Source of the DNA: an uncultured bacterium
Lineage (GTDB): Bacteria; Omnitrophota; Omnitrophia; Omnitrophales; Aquincolibacteriaceae
Direction: 5' to 3'
Assembly: GCA_964508905.1 (NCBI GenBank)
Contig: CAZDVO010000001.1
Location: 3,977 to 67,976, forward strand
DNA length: 64,000 nt
Shown here: piece by piece, positions 50,841 through 62,352 of the stretch
How the letters are laid out: each line of letters starts with the position of its first letter
Numbering within the stretch: the stretch's first letter is position 1
Made by a program: the position numbers and the translations under genes
Notes under the pieces: generated by a model
What the model was told of the DNA's origin: nothing
Seen by the model: the letters and a program-made list of their open reading frames with translations, nothing else
Database searches by the model: none

Positions 50841-51797
50841 TTACGCTTGGGCTTGCTCCGGCGCTTGCGGAACTTCCGGAGCCGGTTGCGAGACTCCCGT
50901 TTCTTGCGCGACAAAAGGGGCTGCTTCCGCGGGAGCTGCCGCGCTAGGAGCTGGCTCCGCAGGAACAGGTTCGGCAACTGGCGCCACAACCTCTTCCTGG
51001 CGAGCGGCTTCAAGGCTTTGGCGGTCCCCTTCCGAACCAAAGCGCATCAAAAATTCTTTCCCGAGATCAATATAGGCTTGTGATCCCCGATTGTGCCTGT
51101 CATAGACCACTGCGGGCTTACCAAAACTCGGCGCTTCGGAAAGCTTCACGGAACGAGGGATCACGCTTTGAAAGGCCTTATCTTTAAAATAATTTCGAAC
51201 TTCTTCGATAACCTGTTGCGTCAAGTTCGTCCGGACGTCGGCCATGGTAAGGATCACGCCGCCCAGCTCCAGCGTCGCGCTCAAGTTCTTTTTGACGAGC
51301 TGATAGGTATTAAGAAGCTGCCCCAACCCTTCCAAAGCGTAGTACTCGCACTGCAATGGTATAATGATATAACTACTTGAGGTTAAAGCGTTTATACTTA
51401 TTAGACCAAGCGATGGCGGACAGTCCAAAAATATAAAATCATAATTACTTTCTATTTTTTCGAGCTTCGCCCGCAAAACAAATTCTCTGTTTTCCTGATT
51501 GATAAGATGCATTTCGGCGCCGGCAAGGTGCGCATTAGATGGGATGATCCACAAATTTTCTATTTCTGTTTTTTTAATACCTTCGCTTGGGTCAGAGTTT
51601 TCCACAAGAAGTTGATAAGCTGTGGATTCATTTTCGTTCTTCTCTATGCCAACACCGCTCGTAGCATTACCTTGCGAGTCAAGATCTATAAGCAAAACCT
51701 TTTTCCCGTGCTGGGCCAAAACAGTGGCTATATTGATAACAGACGTTGTTTTACCTACGCCGCCTTTTTGGTTAAAGAAAGAGAATATCTTTCCCAT
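50841..51797 (-). CDS. parA: Chromosome partitioning ATPase ParA/Soj with a Pro/Ala-rich C-terminal tail
   Basis: MGKIFSFFNQKGGVGKTTSVINIA...LIDLDSQGNAT... The C-terminal ~60 aa are low-complexity (EVVAPVAEPVPAEPAPSAAAPAEAAP...). Confidence 0.9.
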   Translation of the reverse strand: MGKIFSFFNQKGGVGKTTSVINIATVLAQHGKKVLLIDLDSQGNATSGVGIEKNENESTAYQLLVENSDPSEGIKKTEIENLWIIPSNAHLAGAEMHLINQENREFVLRAKLEKIESNYDFIFLDCPPSLGLISINALTSSSYIIIPLQCEYYALEGLGQLLNTYQLVKKNLSATLELGGVILTMADVRTNLTQQVIEEVRNYFKDKAFQSVIPRSVKLSEAPSFGKPAVVYDRHNRGSQAYIDLGKEFLMRFGSEGDRQSLEAARQEEVVAPVAEPVPAEPAPSAAAPAEAAPFVAQETGVSQPAPEVPQAPEQAQA

Positions 51798-51831
51798 AAA
51801 ACCTCCGGATGTTTCACGTGAAACGTTAGAA

Positions 51832-51847
51832 TGCCAAGAATCCTTGT
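51832..51847. promoter_or_regulatory. parS centromere-like site 1
   Basis: TGTTTCACGTGAAACG against the TGTTNCACGTGAAACA consensus; the central 14 bp are a perfect palindrome. Confidence 0.8.
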
Positions 51848-52014
51848 TGATGGTCGCTATTCTACACTCATTCGATTCTGATGCAATTATTTTTTATTCG
51901 GGTCTTTTTGATGCCGTTTCCGTAGCTCGATATGGCTGTCTTGATAAATTATACTTTATAACGAAATAATTTCTCGACCAATCGAGCAGCGCGGACGTTC
52001 CTGTCAGAGAAGAT

Positions 52015-52030
52015 CGTTTCACGTGAAACA
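52015..52030. promoter_or_regulatory. parS centromere-like site 2
   Basis: CGTTTCACGTGAAACA, 183 bp from site 1, in the 470-bp parA-mnmG gap. Confidence 0.8.
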
Positions 52031-52288
52031 TCAGGCGCTTTGTCTGTTTTATGGAATATTTCAAATTGCAGATAATTTTCATAAGTCATTTCATATCTTG
52101 GCATTGTTATTTGCGTAATATGGTAGCTTCCATTGCTATCGTAAATGAATACATATGGTTAGATTAAATGACAGTCGCACGAAAATGGGGTCCGTTTGCT
52201 TTACCTAAGAGTCGAATCGTAAGACAAAGCTCCTTTGCCTTAACGAAGCGCGGGGGCAGCTGTTTTCAAGAAAAGCCAAGGCTTGTAT

Positions 52289-54112
52289 TTATTTTGGCTC
52301 TTTCGCTTTTTTTTCTATAAAAACAGCGAGGAGGGAAAGATCACATGAGGAAATCCCGGGAATCCTTGCGGCGTGGCCGATGGACTCCGGAAGTATTTTT
52401 TTGAGTTTTTCTTTGGCCTCGCGGCCGATCCCCGGGATCTCATCATATTTTATTTCCGCTGGGATCTTTCTCTTTTCGAGTTTTGAGAATTTGTGAACCT
52501 CGGTCCGTTGTTGGGCGATATAACCTTCATATTTTATTTCCGTTTCAACGCGATGGATCTCATCGTCTGAAAGGTCACATGAGTGTAACCCTTTTTCTAA
52601 CAAGGCTTTATAAGATGCTTCGGGCCGCTTTAAATATTGGTAGAGCGTGTCCGATTTGATTCTTTTCGCTTTCAGGACTTCCGTGTCGCGCCGGATCCGG
52701 TCCATACGTTCGTTGAACGCCGCGAAGGTCGTCTCGTCGATAAGACCAAAACGGTACCCCTGGAACATCAGCCGCTCGTCCGCGTTGTCCTGGCGAAGCA
52801 ACAGCCGGAATTCCGCGCGGGAAGTGAACATCCGGTAAGGCTCATTCGTCCCGCAGGTCACCAGATCATCGATCAGAACGGCGATATAGGCTTCGGTGCG
52901 ATCCAGAACAAATTCGCTTTCGCCGCAAAGCCTGCGAACAACGTTCAGCCCCGCCATCAATCCCTGCGCGGCGGCCTCTTCATATCCCGACGTACAATTG
53001 ATCTGTCCCGCGAGAAAAAGGTTCCGTATCTTTTTGGTTTCCAGCGAATGTTTGAGCTGGGTCGGCGGCGCGGCGTCGTATTCGATCGCGTAACCAAATT
53101 TCAGGATCTTCGCGTCTTCCAGGCCGCGGATCTCACGAAGCGCCGCTTCCTGCACGTCTTTTGGCAGGGACGTCGGAAATCCGTTCATGTAGATCTCGTG
53201 CGTATCTCGACCCTCGGGCTCCAGATAGATCTGATGACTTTTTTTGTCGGGAAATTTCACAATCTTATCTTCCACGGAAGGACAATACCGCGGCCCGATC
53301 CCGAGGATCCTGCCGGCGTAAAGCGGCGACCGGTTGAGATTGCTGCGAATGATCTCATGGACTTTTTCGTTCGTGTGCGTCAAGTAACAGGGAAGTTGTT
53401 CGACTTGAAAATGCTGGGTCCGGTAAGAAAAGGGGAGCGGAGGCTCATCGCCGCGCTGTTCTTCGAGAATGTCCCACCGGATGCTTTTTTGATCGAGCCT
53501 CGGCGGCGTTCCGGTTTTAAACCGTACAAGTTCGATCCCGTGTTCTCGCAGGGAATCGGAAAGTCCGACGGCGGGCGGTTCTCCGCGACGGCCTCCGGGA
53601 AAATGCTCCTCCCCAACATGGATCAGCCCTTGCAGAAAAGTTCCCGTCGTTAAAAGCGTGCATTCACCAAAAAAAGTTTCTCCTCCTTTTGTTCGAACGC
53701 CGCGGCATAGGCCTTCTTCCACGATCAGCGCGACGACCTGCGCCTGTCTGAGCATCACCTGAGGCTCGTTCTCCAGAACGCGCTTCATGTAAAGTTCGTA
53801 CTGTTTTTTATCCGCCTGCGCGCGCGGCGCCCATACGGCGGGCCCCTTCGATTTATTGAGCATGCGGAATTGGATCCCCGTCGCGTCGGTCGCGAGGCCC
53901 ATTTCGCCGCCCAGCGCGTCGATCTCTCGCACGATATGTCCCTTGGCGAGCCCGCCGATCGCAGGATTGCAGGACAAGCGAGCGATCGCGTCGGTATCCA
54001 TGGTCAACACCAGCACGGGAAAACCATTCCTCGCGATCGCGAGGGCGGCTTCGACGCCGGCATGGCCGGCGCCAACGACTATGGCGGCATAGGGAGAGGA
54101 AGGATGTTTCAT
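52289..54112 (-). CDS. mnmG: tRNA uridine-5-carboxymethylaminomethyl modification enzyme MnmG (GidA)
   Basis: AAIVVGAGHAGVEAALAIAR... (FAD-binding) and full-length GidA similarity over 607 aa. Confidence 0.9.
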   Translation of the reverse strand: MKHPSSPYAAIVVGAGHAGVEAALAIARNGFPVLVLTMDTDAIARLSCNPAIGGLAKGHIVREIDALGGEMGLATDATGIQFRMLNKSKGPAVWAPRAQADKKQYELYMKRVLENEPQVMLRQAQVVALIVEEGLCRGVRTKGGETFFGECTLLTTGTFLQGLIHVGEEHFPGGRRGEPPAVGLSDSLREHGIELVRFKTGTPPRLDQKSIRWDILEEQRGDEPPLPFSYRTQHFQVEQLPCYLTHTNEKVHEIIRSNLNRSPLYAGRILGIGPRYCPSVEDKIVKFPDKKSHQIYLEPEGRDTHEIYMNGFPTSLPKDVQEAALREIRGLEDAKILKFGYAIEYDAAPPTQLKHSLETKKIRNLFLAGQINCTSGYEEAAAQGLMAGLNVVRRLCGESEFVLDRTEAYIAVLIDDLVTCGTNEPYRMFTSRAEFRLLLRQDNADERLMFQGYRFGLIDETTFAAFNERMDRIRRDTEVLKAKRIKSDTLYQYLKRPEASYKALLEKGLHSCDLSDDEIHRVETEIKYEGYIAQQRTEVHKFSKLEKRKIPAEIKYDEIPGIGREAKEKLKKILPESIGHAARIPGISSCDLSLLAVFIEKKAKEPK

Positions 54113-54125
54113 TTGCGCTCAACGG

Positions 54126-54180
54126 GCGACGCGCGACGCGCAACGATCCGTTCTTCGTTGAGCGGTGCGTGTTGCGCGGG
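54126..54180. repeat. GCGCAACG/CGTTGCGC hairpin repeat (copy 4 of 4), between yidC and mnmG
   Basis: gcgacgcgcgacgcgcaacg...cgttgagcggtgcgtgttgcgcgggattatt, ending in TTGCGCGGGATTATT directly before the yidC stop codon. Copy 2 has the same junction with rpmE. Confidence 0.55.
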
Positions 54181-54181
54181 A

Positions 54182-55807
54182 TTATTGATCTTCGTGATGC
54201 AGGACGATCACAATTCGGTTAATGAACGTCTGCTGTACGATCGAGAAAAGATTTTGTAGCGTCCAGTAAAGCGTCAGCCCCGAGGGCATGTTGTAGCAGA
54301 TAAAACCAAAAAAGATCGGCATGATGTTCATGATCATCTGCTGTTCCGGGCTCGAGCCGGGTTGCGCGGGCATCAGCTTCTGGTACCAGACCTGTGAGAT
54401 CGCCATCGTAAGCGGCAGAACATTCAACGCGTTCCAGTTAAGGACCGGGACGGTGAACGGCAGCATCATAAGCTGGTCCGGCGCGGAGAGGTCCTTGATC
54501 CAGCCAATGAACGGCGCTCCGTGAAGCTCGATCGCTTCCGGAAGCAATTTGAACATCGCGATGAAAACAGGGATCTGGATCAACATGGGAAGACAGCCCA
54601 TCATCGGATTCACTTTGTTCCGCCGGTAAAGCTGCATCAGCTCCTGCTGGGATTTCGCCGGATCTTTTTTGTGCCGCTCCTGGATCGCTTTCATCTTGGG
54701 CGCGAGGATCTGCATCTTTTTCATGCTCGCGTAGCTCAGATGCGTCAGCGGTGCGAACAGCAGCTTGATCAAAAGGGTGAGGATGACCAGCGCCCAGCCG
54801 AAGTTGTTCGTGTATTGATTCAAAAATTTCAAGACCATCAGAATGCCGGTCTTGAATAATCCGAAAAACCCGCGGGAAAAAACCTCTTCGAATCCGGCCC
54901 CGAAACTTTTGAGCGCCTCATACCGCTGAGGCCCCACGTAGACCAAAAAGTTTCTTTCTCCTTCGCCTCCCGCCGGCACCGTAAGCGGCTCCAGCGCGAT
55001 CTCACCCCAAAGGTGCTGCGCATCGGCCTTCGCGCTCCCGCCCAGGATCTTGGCGTCCGGTTTGACGAGTAGCGCGAAATACTTTTTGATGAACCCGACC
55101 CAACGGGTCTCTTCGGGAAAGGCGTATCCTTTTTTCTTGATGTGCGCCAGGTCCTTGGTCTGAACCTTGTCGGTATACGCGACGCCGTCGTAATAGCCGT
55201 AGTCTTTCTGATAATCCTTCTCATGGTTCATGCCGTAGTTCAAAGTAACGGGAAAATGCCGTTCGCGAGCGGAAAGATTTTTAATGCGCACCACAAGGTC
55301 CATCGCGGTCTTGTCGTCGCGCAACACATACGTCTTGGTGAGCCGGTATTCTCCGGGAAGTTCGTAGGCAAACTCAACGCTCGTGCCTCGGCGGGTCATC
55401 CTGAAGATCGTGTCCGCCAGATCCGCTTTTTCATGAAGTACGCTCACGCCGAAGATCCCGGACCGCTTCGGATCCCCTGAAAAAAATTCCGTCCGGGTGA
55501 ATTTCTGACGCCCTGGTTCTCCAAGAAAGGAAAGGCTTGAGATCGTTCCCCCCAAGGTCGAAAACTCGGCTTTGTAAAAAGCATTCTCAAAAAGCGCCAC
55601 GGCGGGGGCTGCTGCTTTTTCTAATATGGGTTCGTTCAGGATCTCCGCGGGGGGGAGGGGCTTTTCCTGCGGCTTGGCGACAGGAGCTACCGAAACCGAG
55701 GTTCCCTTTTTTTGATAAGCGTTCGGATAAAAATGTTGCACCACCATGGGGTAGAAGATCATGACGAGCGCGGCGAGAACCACTGCTTTAACGGTGTTTT
55801 TATCCAT
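54182..55807 (-). CDS. yidC: Membrane protein insertase YidC
   Basis: An N-terminal TM segment, a large periplasmic domain, and the conserved C-terminal 5-TM core (...GWALVILTLLIKLLFAPL...). Confidence 0.9.
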   Translation of the reverse strand: MDKNTVKAVVLAALVMIFYPMVVQHFYPNAYQKKGTSVSVAPVAKPQEKPLPPAEILNEPILEKAAAPAVALFENAFYKAEFSTLGGTISSLSFLGEPGRQKFTRTEFFSGDPKRSGIFGVSVLHEKADLADTIFRMTRRGTSVEFAYELPGEYRLTKTYVLRDDKTAMDLVVRIKNLSARERHFPVTLNYGMNHEKDYQKDYGYYDGVAYTDKVQTKDLAHIKKKGYAFPEETRWVGFIKKYFALLVKPDAKILGGSAKADAQHLWGEIALEPLTVPAGGEGERNFLVYVGPQRYEALKSFGAGFEEVFSRGFFGLFKTGILMVLKFLNQYTNNFGWALVILTLLIKLLFAPLTHLSYASMKKMQILAPKMKAIQERHKKDPAKSQQELMQLYRRNKVNPMMGCLPMLIQIPVFIAMFKLLPEAIELHGAPFIGWIKDLSAPDQLMMLPFTVPVLNWNALNVLPLTMAISQVWYQKLMPAQPGSSPEQQMIMNIMPIFFGFICYNMPSGLTLYWTLQNLFSIVQQTFINRIVIVLHHEDQ

Positions 55808-55816
55808 TTTTTTGCC

Positions 55817-56032
55817 TCACTGAACGGGATCGTACCCGCCTGGGTGAAAGGGATGACATTTGCAGATTCTTTGCAACGAAAGAACGGCACCCCGAAAAGC
55901 GCCTTTTTTCCGGATCGCTTCTTCGGCATAAGCGGAACATCCGGGAGAAAAACGGCAACAGGGGCCGAAAAGGGGGGCCAAACAAGCCTGGTAAAAACGG
56001 ATAAGAACGATTAGGAGATTTTTCACGCCCAA
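55817..56032 (-). CDS. yidD: Membrane protein insertion efficiency factor YidD
   Basis: LIRFYQACLAPLFGPCCRFSPGCSAYAEEAIRKKGAFRGAVLSLQRICKCHPFHPGGYDPV. Confidence 0.85.
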   Translation of the reverse strand: MGVKNLLIVLIRFYQACLAPLFGPCCRFSPGCSAYAEEAIRKKGAFRGAVLSLQRICKCHPFHPGGYDPVQ

Positions 56033-56400
56033 ACCCCCGCTTTCTTAAAAAGCCTCACAAGATCCGCTTCCATCGCCGCGTAAGAAGTTTTTTTCGCGCT
56101 CGAACGGATCTTAACAAAGCAGGCTACGTCTTGAAAAAGCTCCGCCTGTCTTGTGCGAAAGATCTCTTTAACGCGCCGCCGCCAGATGTTCCTTCCGACC
56201 GCCCGCGGGTCCGTCTTCCGGCTCACCGCGATGCCGATCATCGGTTTCATCTTTTTTGTCGTCCGCCCGCTTTCGCGCCGCCTCACCACCCACAAATAAA
56301 AAAATTCTCCTCGAGCAAAAGAGCCTTTCTCGACGAGATGTTTGAAGGTGGTTTGACGTCGGATCCGCTGATCCGCGCCGAGCCATTTTTTTGGCTCCAA
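56023..56400 (-). CDS. rnpA: RNase P protein component
   Basis: A basic ~120-aa protein (...RIRRQTTFKHLVEKG...GIAVSRKTDPRAVGRNIWRRRVKEIFR...) in the rpmH-rnpA-yidD-yidC context. TTG start. Confidence 0.8.
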   Translation of the reverse strand: MEPKKWLGADQRIRRQTTFKHLVEKGSFARGEFFYLWVVRRRESGRTTKKMKPMIGIAVSRKTDPRAVGRNIWRRRVKEIFRTRQAELFQDVACFVKIRSSAKKTSYAAMEADLVRLFKKAGVWA

Positions 56401-56403
56401 CGC

Positions 56404-56541
56404 TTAGACTTGGGTCAGCTTTTTCCGGCCCTTTTTACGGCGGCTCGCGAGGACTTTTCGCCCCCCGGCTGTCCGCGTACGGGCAAGAAAGCCGTGCTTG
56501 TTACGACGTTTTCTCTTGGAAGGTTGGTATGTTCTTTTCAT
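56404..56541 (-). CDS. rpmH: 50S ribosomal protein L34
   Basis: Reverse translation from the ATG at 56539-56541 gives [45 protein letters not shown] (45 aa). It is absent from the ORF track because it is under 60 aa. Confidence 0.85.
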   Translation of the reverse strand: MKRTYQPSKRKRRNKHGFLARTRTAGGRKVLASRRKKGRKKLTQV

Positions 56542-56559
56542 GAGGCGGGGATTATAGTG

Positions 56560-56859
56560 AAGTTCATTCGGAATATCCAGTGTTTTGTTTCTTTTCTTTC
56601 CTCATTTTTAGGAGATCTTCTTTTTTAAGAAAGAGCGTGGACAAAAAAATTTTTTGTTGTAGAATCGTTCCCTGTTCGTATTCCGTTCGCTTCCTCGCGG
56701 GAGCGGACGTTTATTTTGTTCTTTTTCGCCTTGTGGAAAACCTGTTCATAGCTTCTTTATTTGTTTTCCACAATATTTTTATTCTCGAATACAGTATTAT
56801 TTTTTGCTATTTTTTTCTTATTAATAACCTGTTTATAACTTCGAAGAAAGCTTTTTGCG
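56560..56859. promoter_or_regulatory. Candidate oriC / dnaA promoter region with DnaA-box-like 9-mers
   Basis: An AT-rich 300 bp between rpmH and dnaA contains TGTGGAAAA (56723-56731), TTTTCCACA (56755-56763) and CGTGGACAA (56636-56644). Each is one or two mismatches from the TTATCCACA consensus or its complement. Confidence 0.45.
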
Positions 56860-58218
56860 ATGGTTTCTCCTTCGTCCATACCGGCAGACCCCTCATTAAC
56901 GGACCTTTGGAAGAAGATCTGCGCGATCCTCTCGAGAGAATTGAGCGAACGTTCCTTCAAGACCTGGTTTGAGCCTGTTTTGGTTCTTTCTGTCTCGCAA
57001 GACGCGCTCACGCTCGGCGTGCCAGACGCCTACTACGGAAAATGGCTTGAGGACCATTACCAAAATCTGGTGCTTTCTTCCGTAGAAGAAGTGCTCGGTC
57101 GCCCTCTCTCTGTTTCTTATCAAGTCGTTGAGCCGCCTAAGGTTACGCCTTCGACGCCCGTCACACAGCCTTCTTCTCCTAGAGAAAAAGAAGAGGCTGC
57201 CGCGGGCTGGAATCAACGCTACACCTTTGATGATTTTGTGATCGGCCCCGGCAACCGTTTTGCGCATGCGGCCGCGGTCGCGGTCAGCGAATCGCCGGCC
57301 AAACAATACAATCCTCTCTTTATTTATGGCCCGACCGGACTTGGAAAGACCCATCTTCTTCAGTCTATCGCTCATGAGATGAAGCGTCGGCATCCTGAGT
57401 TTAAGATCCTGTATATATCCAGTGAAAAGTTCACGAATCAGTTGATCACCGCGATCCAGACAAAATCGACTCCCCAATTCCGCGCAAAATATCGCACGCT
57501 CGATCTTTTGCTGATAGACGATGTCCATTTTATCGCGGAAAAAGACTCAACCCAGGAGGAATTCTTCAATACCTTCAATGCTCTTTATGATGCACACAAG
57601 CAGATCGTGGTCACTAGCGATCGTCCTCCGCGAGAAATTCCCGGCCTGGAAGAGCGCCTTGTTTCGCGTTTCGGCTGGGGCCTTGTCACGGATATTCAGC
57701 CTCCTGATTTTGAAACGCGCGTGGCTATTTTGAAGAAGAAAATGGAGCGGGAAACCGTTGTGGTGCCTGATGATGTGGCGTATTTCATCGCGGACAAGAT
57801 CAAATCGAATATTCGAGAGTTGGAGGGGGCGCTCATCCGGGTCGTCGCTTTTTGTTCCCTCACAAACTCCAAGATCGATGTCCGCCTGGCGCAGGAAATA
57901 TTGAAGGATGCTTTTAAGGAAGAGGCTCAAAAATTCACAATAGAAGGGATACAAAAAGTGGTTGCGGATTTCTTTAATGTGAAGGTTTCGGACCTCCGCG
58001 CCAAAAGACGTTCTTCCTCGATCGTCCGCCCTCGGCAGATCGCGATGTTCCTTGTTCGGGAGCTTACTTCTCACTCACTTCCAGAGATCGGGGAATATTT
58101 TGGTGGAAAAGACCACACCACCGTTCTCCATTCTTACAACAAAATCTTGGCAGAAAGAGAAAAAGATGTTGCTATGAGGGGTTTATTGGATAAGCTTATT
58201 GGATTGTTAAAAAAATAG
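56860..58218 (+). CDS. dnaA: Chromosomal replication initiator DnaA
   Basis: ...GPTGLGKTHLLQSIAHE... (Walker A), ...LLIDDVHFIAEKDSTQEEFFNTFNAL..., and the C-terminal DNA-binding domain ...RPRQIAMFLVRELTSHSLPEIGEYFGGKDHTTVLHS... Confidence 0.95.
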   Translation: MVSPSSIPADPSLTDLWKKICAILSRELSERSFKTWFEPVLVLSVSQDALTLGVPDAYYGKWLEDHYQNLVLSSVEEVLGRPLSVSYQVVEPPKVTPSTPVTQPSSPREKEEAAAGWNQRYTFDDFVIGPGNRFAHAAAVAVSESPAKQYNPLFIYGPTGLGKTHLLQSIAHEMKRRHPEFKILYISSEKFTNQLITAIQTKSTPQFRAKYRTLDLLLIDDVHFIAEKDSTQEEFFNTFNALYDAHKQIVVTSDRPPREIPGLEERLVSRFGWGLVTDIQPPDFETRVAILKKKMERETVVVPDDVAYFIADKIKSNIRELEGALIRVVAFCSLTNSKIDVRLAQEILKDAFKEEAQKFTIEGIQKVVADFFNVKVSDLRAKRRSSSIVRPRQIAMFLVRELTSHSLPEIGEYFGGKDHTTVLHSYNKILAEREKDVAMRGLLDKLIGLLKK

Positions 58219-58354
58219 AGGGGATTTCCCCAAGAACTTCTTTTTCTATCCCTTGTTTTCTTAGAGAGTTATAGACGAAATTCACATAAACACAGCGCTT
58301 ATTACTAAGATTGCTATTTTTTAAAATATAGAATAAAAGCATAAGGAGTGATCT

Positions 58355-59455
58355 ATGGAAATAAAAGTCCAAAAAAGCGAGTTGTTAAAAAAAATCACTC
58401 TGGGTGTTAATGTCGCGGCTTCAAAACCAAGCACGCTCCCGATTCTTAACAATCTTCTTCTGGAAACACAAAAAGACGGAAAGATGAAGGTGGTAGCTAC
58501 CGATATGGAGGTGGGGATCTCAACCTTAATTCCTGTGGAAGTGGTTCAAGCTGGGAGCATCACGGTTCCAGCGAGGAAGTTTTTTGATATCGTAAAAGAG
58601 CTTCCTGAAGGAGTGGTTGAAATAACAGTGACCAAAAACAATACTGTGAGTATCAAAGCCGGGAAATCCTTTTTTAAAATCATGGGGTTAGATAAAGAGG
58701 AATACCCTAAACTTCCCGATTTTTCTCTAAGTGATTCTATTGAAGTAGAACAAGCGGTTATTAAAGAAAGTCTTTCCCTCACCTCTTTTGCTATATCCCA
58801 CGATGAAACACGTTATGTTTTAAACGGAGTCCTTCTTTCTATTCACGGGCAAACAACAAAATTTGTTGCGACGGATGGGAGAAGGCTTGCTTTTTATAAA
58901 AAAGAGATCAAACAAAAAAACAATAAAAATATTGATATGATTATTCCCGCAAAAACCGTGCATGAACTCCTAAAACTTCTAAATTGGGAAGGGGTTGTAA
59001 AGATCGTTCACACACAAAATAAAGTTCTCTTTTCTTTCGATGACACCTATCTTACTTCAAGTCTTATAGAAGGGAATTTTCCTAATTATGAACAAGTGAT
59101 CCCTAAGGAAGAAAAAACACAAGTGCTCGCGAACCGGGAGGAGTTTTTACAAGCAGTTCGACGCGCGGCGCTACTTACATCTCCTGAGGCGCCAGCCTTA
59201 AAATTTGATTTTATAAAAAATAAGATCCTGGTTTCCGCGAAAACCCCGAACATGGGAGAAGCGAAAGAAGAGCTTCCCTCGGAGTTTAAAGGAGGGGAGA
59301 TCACGATCGGATTTAACCCCGGGTATTTTTTAGATGTTCTAAAAAATCTTTCCGATGAGATGGTGAGCATCTCATTAACGGAAGCGGATAAGCCGGGGCT
59401 TGTGAAGGGGCGGGATGGTTATCTTTACGTGATCATGCCCATGCAGCTTAATTAG
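58355..59455 (+). CDS. dnaN: DNA polymerase III beta subunit (sliding clamp)
   Basis: MEIKVQKSELLKKITLGVNVAAS... A 366-aa three-domain clamp positioned after dnaA. Confidence 0.9.
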   Translation: MEIKVQKSELLKKITLGVNVAASKPSTLPILNNLLLETQKDGKMKVVATDMEVGISTLIPVEVVQAGSITVPARKFFDIVKELPEGVVEITVTKNNTVSIKAGKSFFKIMGLDKEEYPKLPDFSLSDSIEVEQAVIKESLSLTSFAISHDETRYVLNGVLLSIHGQTTKFVATDGRRLAFYKKEIKQKNNKNIDMIIPAKTVHELLKLLNWEGVVKIVHTQNKVLFSFDDTYLTSSLIEGNFPNYEQVIPKEEKTQVLANREEFLQAVRRAALLTSPEAPALKFDFIKNKILVSAKTPNMGEAKEELPSEFKGGEITIGFNPGYFLDVLKNLSDEMVSISLTEADKPGLVKGRDGYLYVIMPMQLN

Positions 59456-59488
59456 AAAAGAAAAAGGACGATAATAGAACGGTTCTTC

Positions 59489-62330
<2,842 letters not shown>

Positions 62331-62352
62331 TAGATAAAAAGGACAAGCGATC

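Noticed and set aside
51822-52288. tRNA, rRNA or other large non-coding RNA gene in the long parA-mnmG gap
   Set aside because: No tRNA-like T-arm/acceptor or CCA-end signatures and no rRNA-like conserved stretches were recognisable. A small novel sRNA cannot be excluded.
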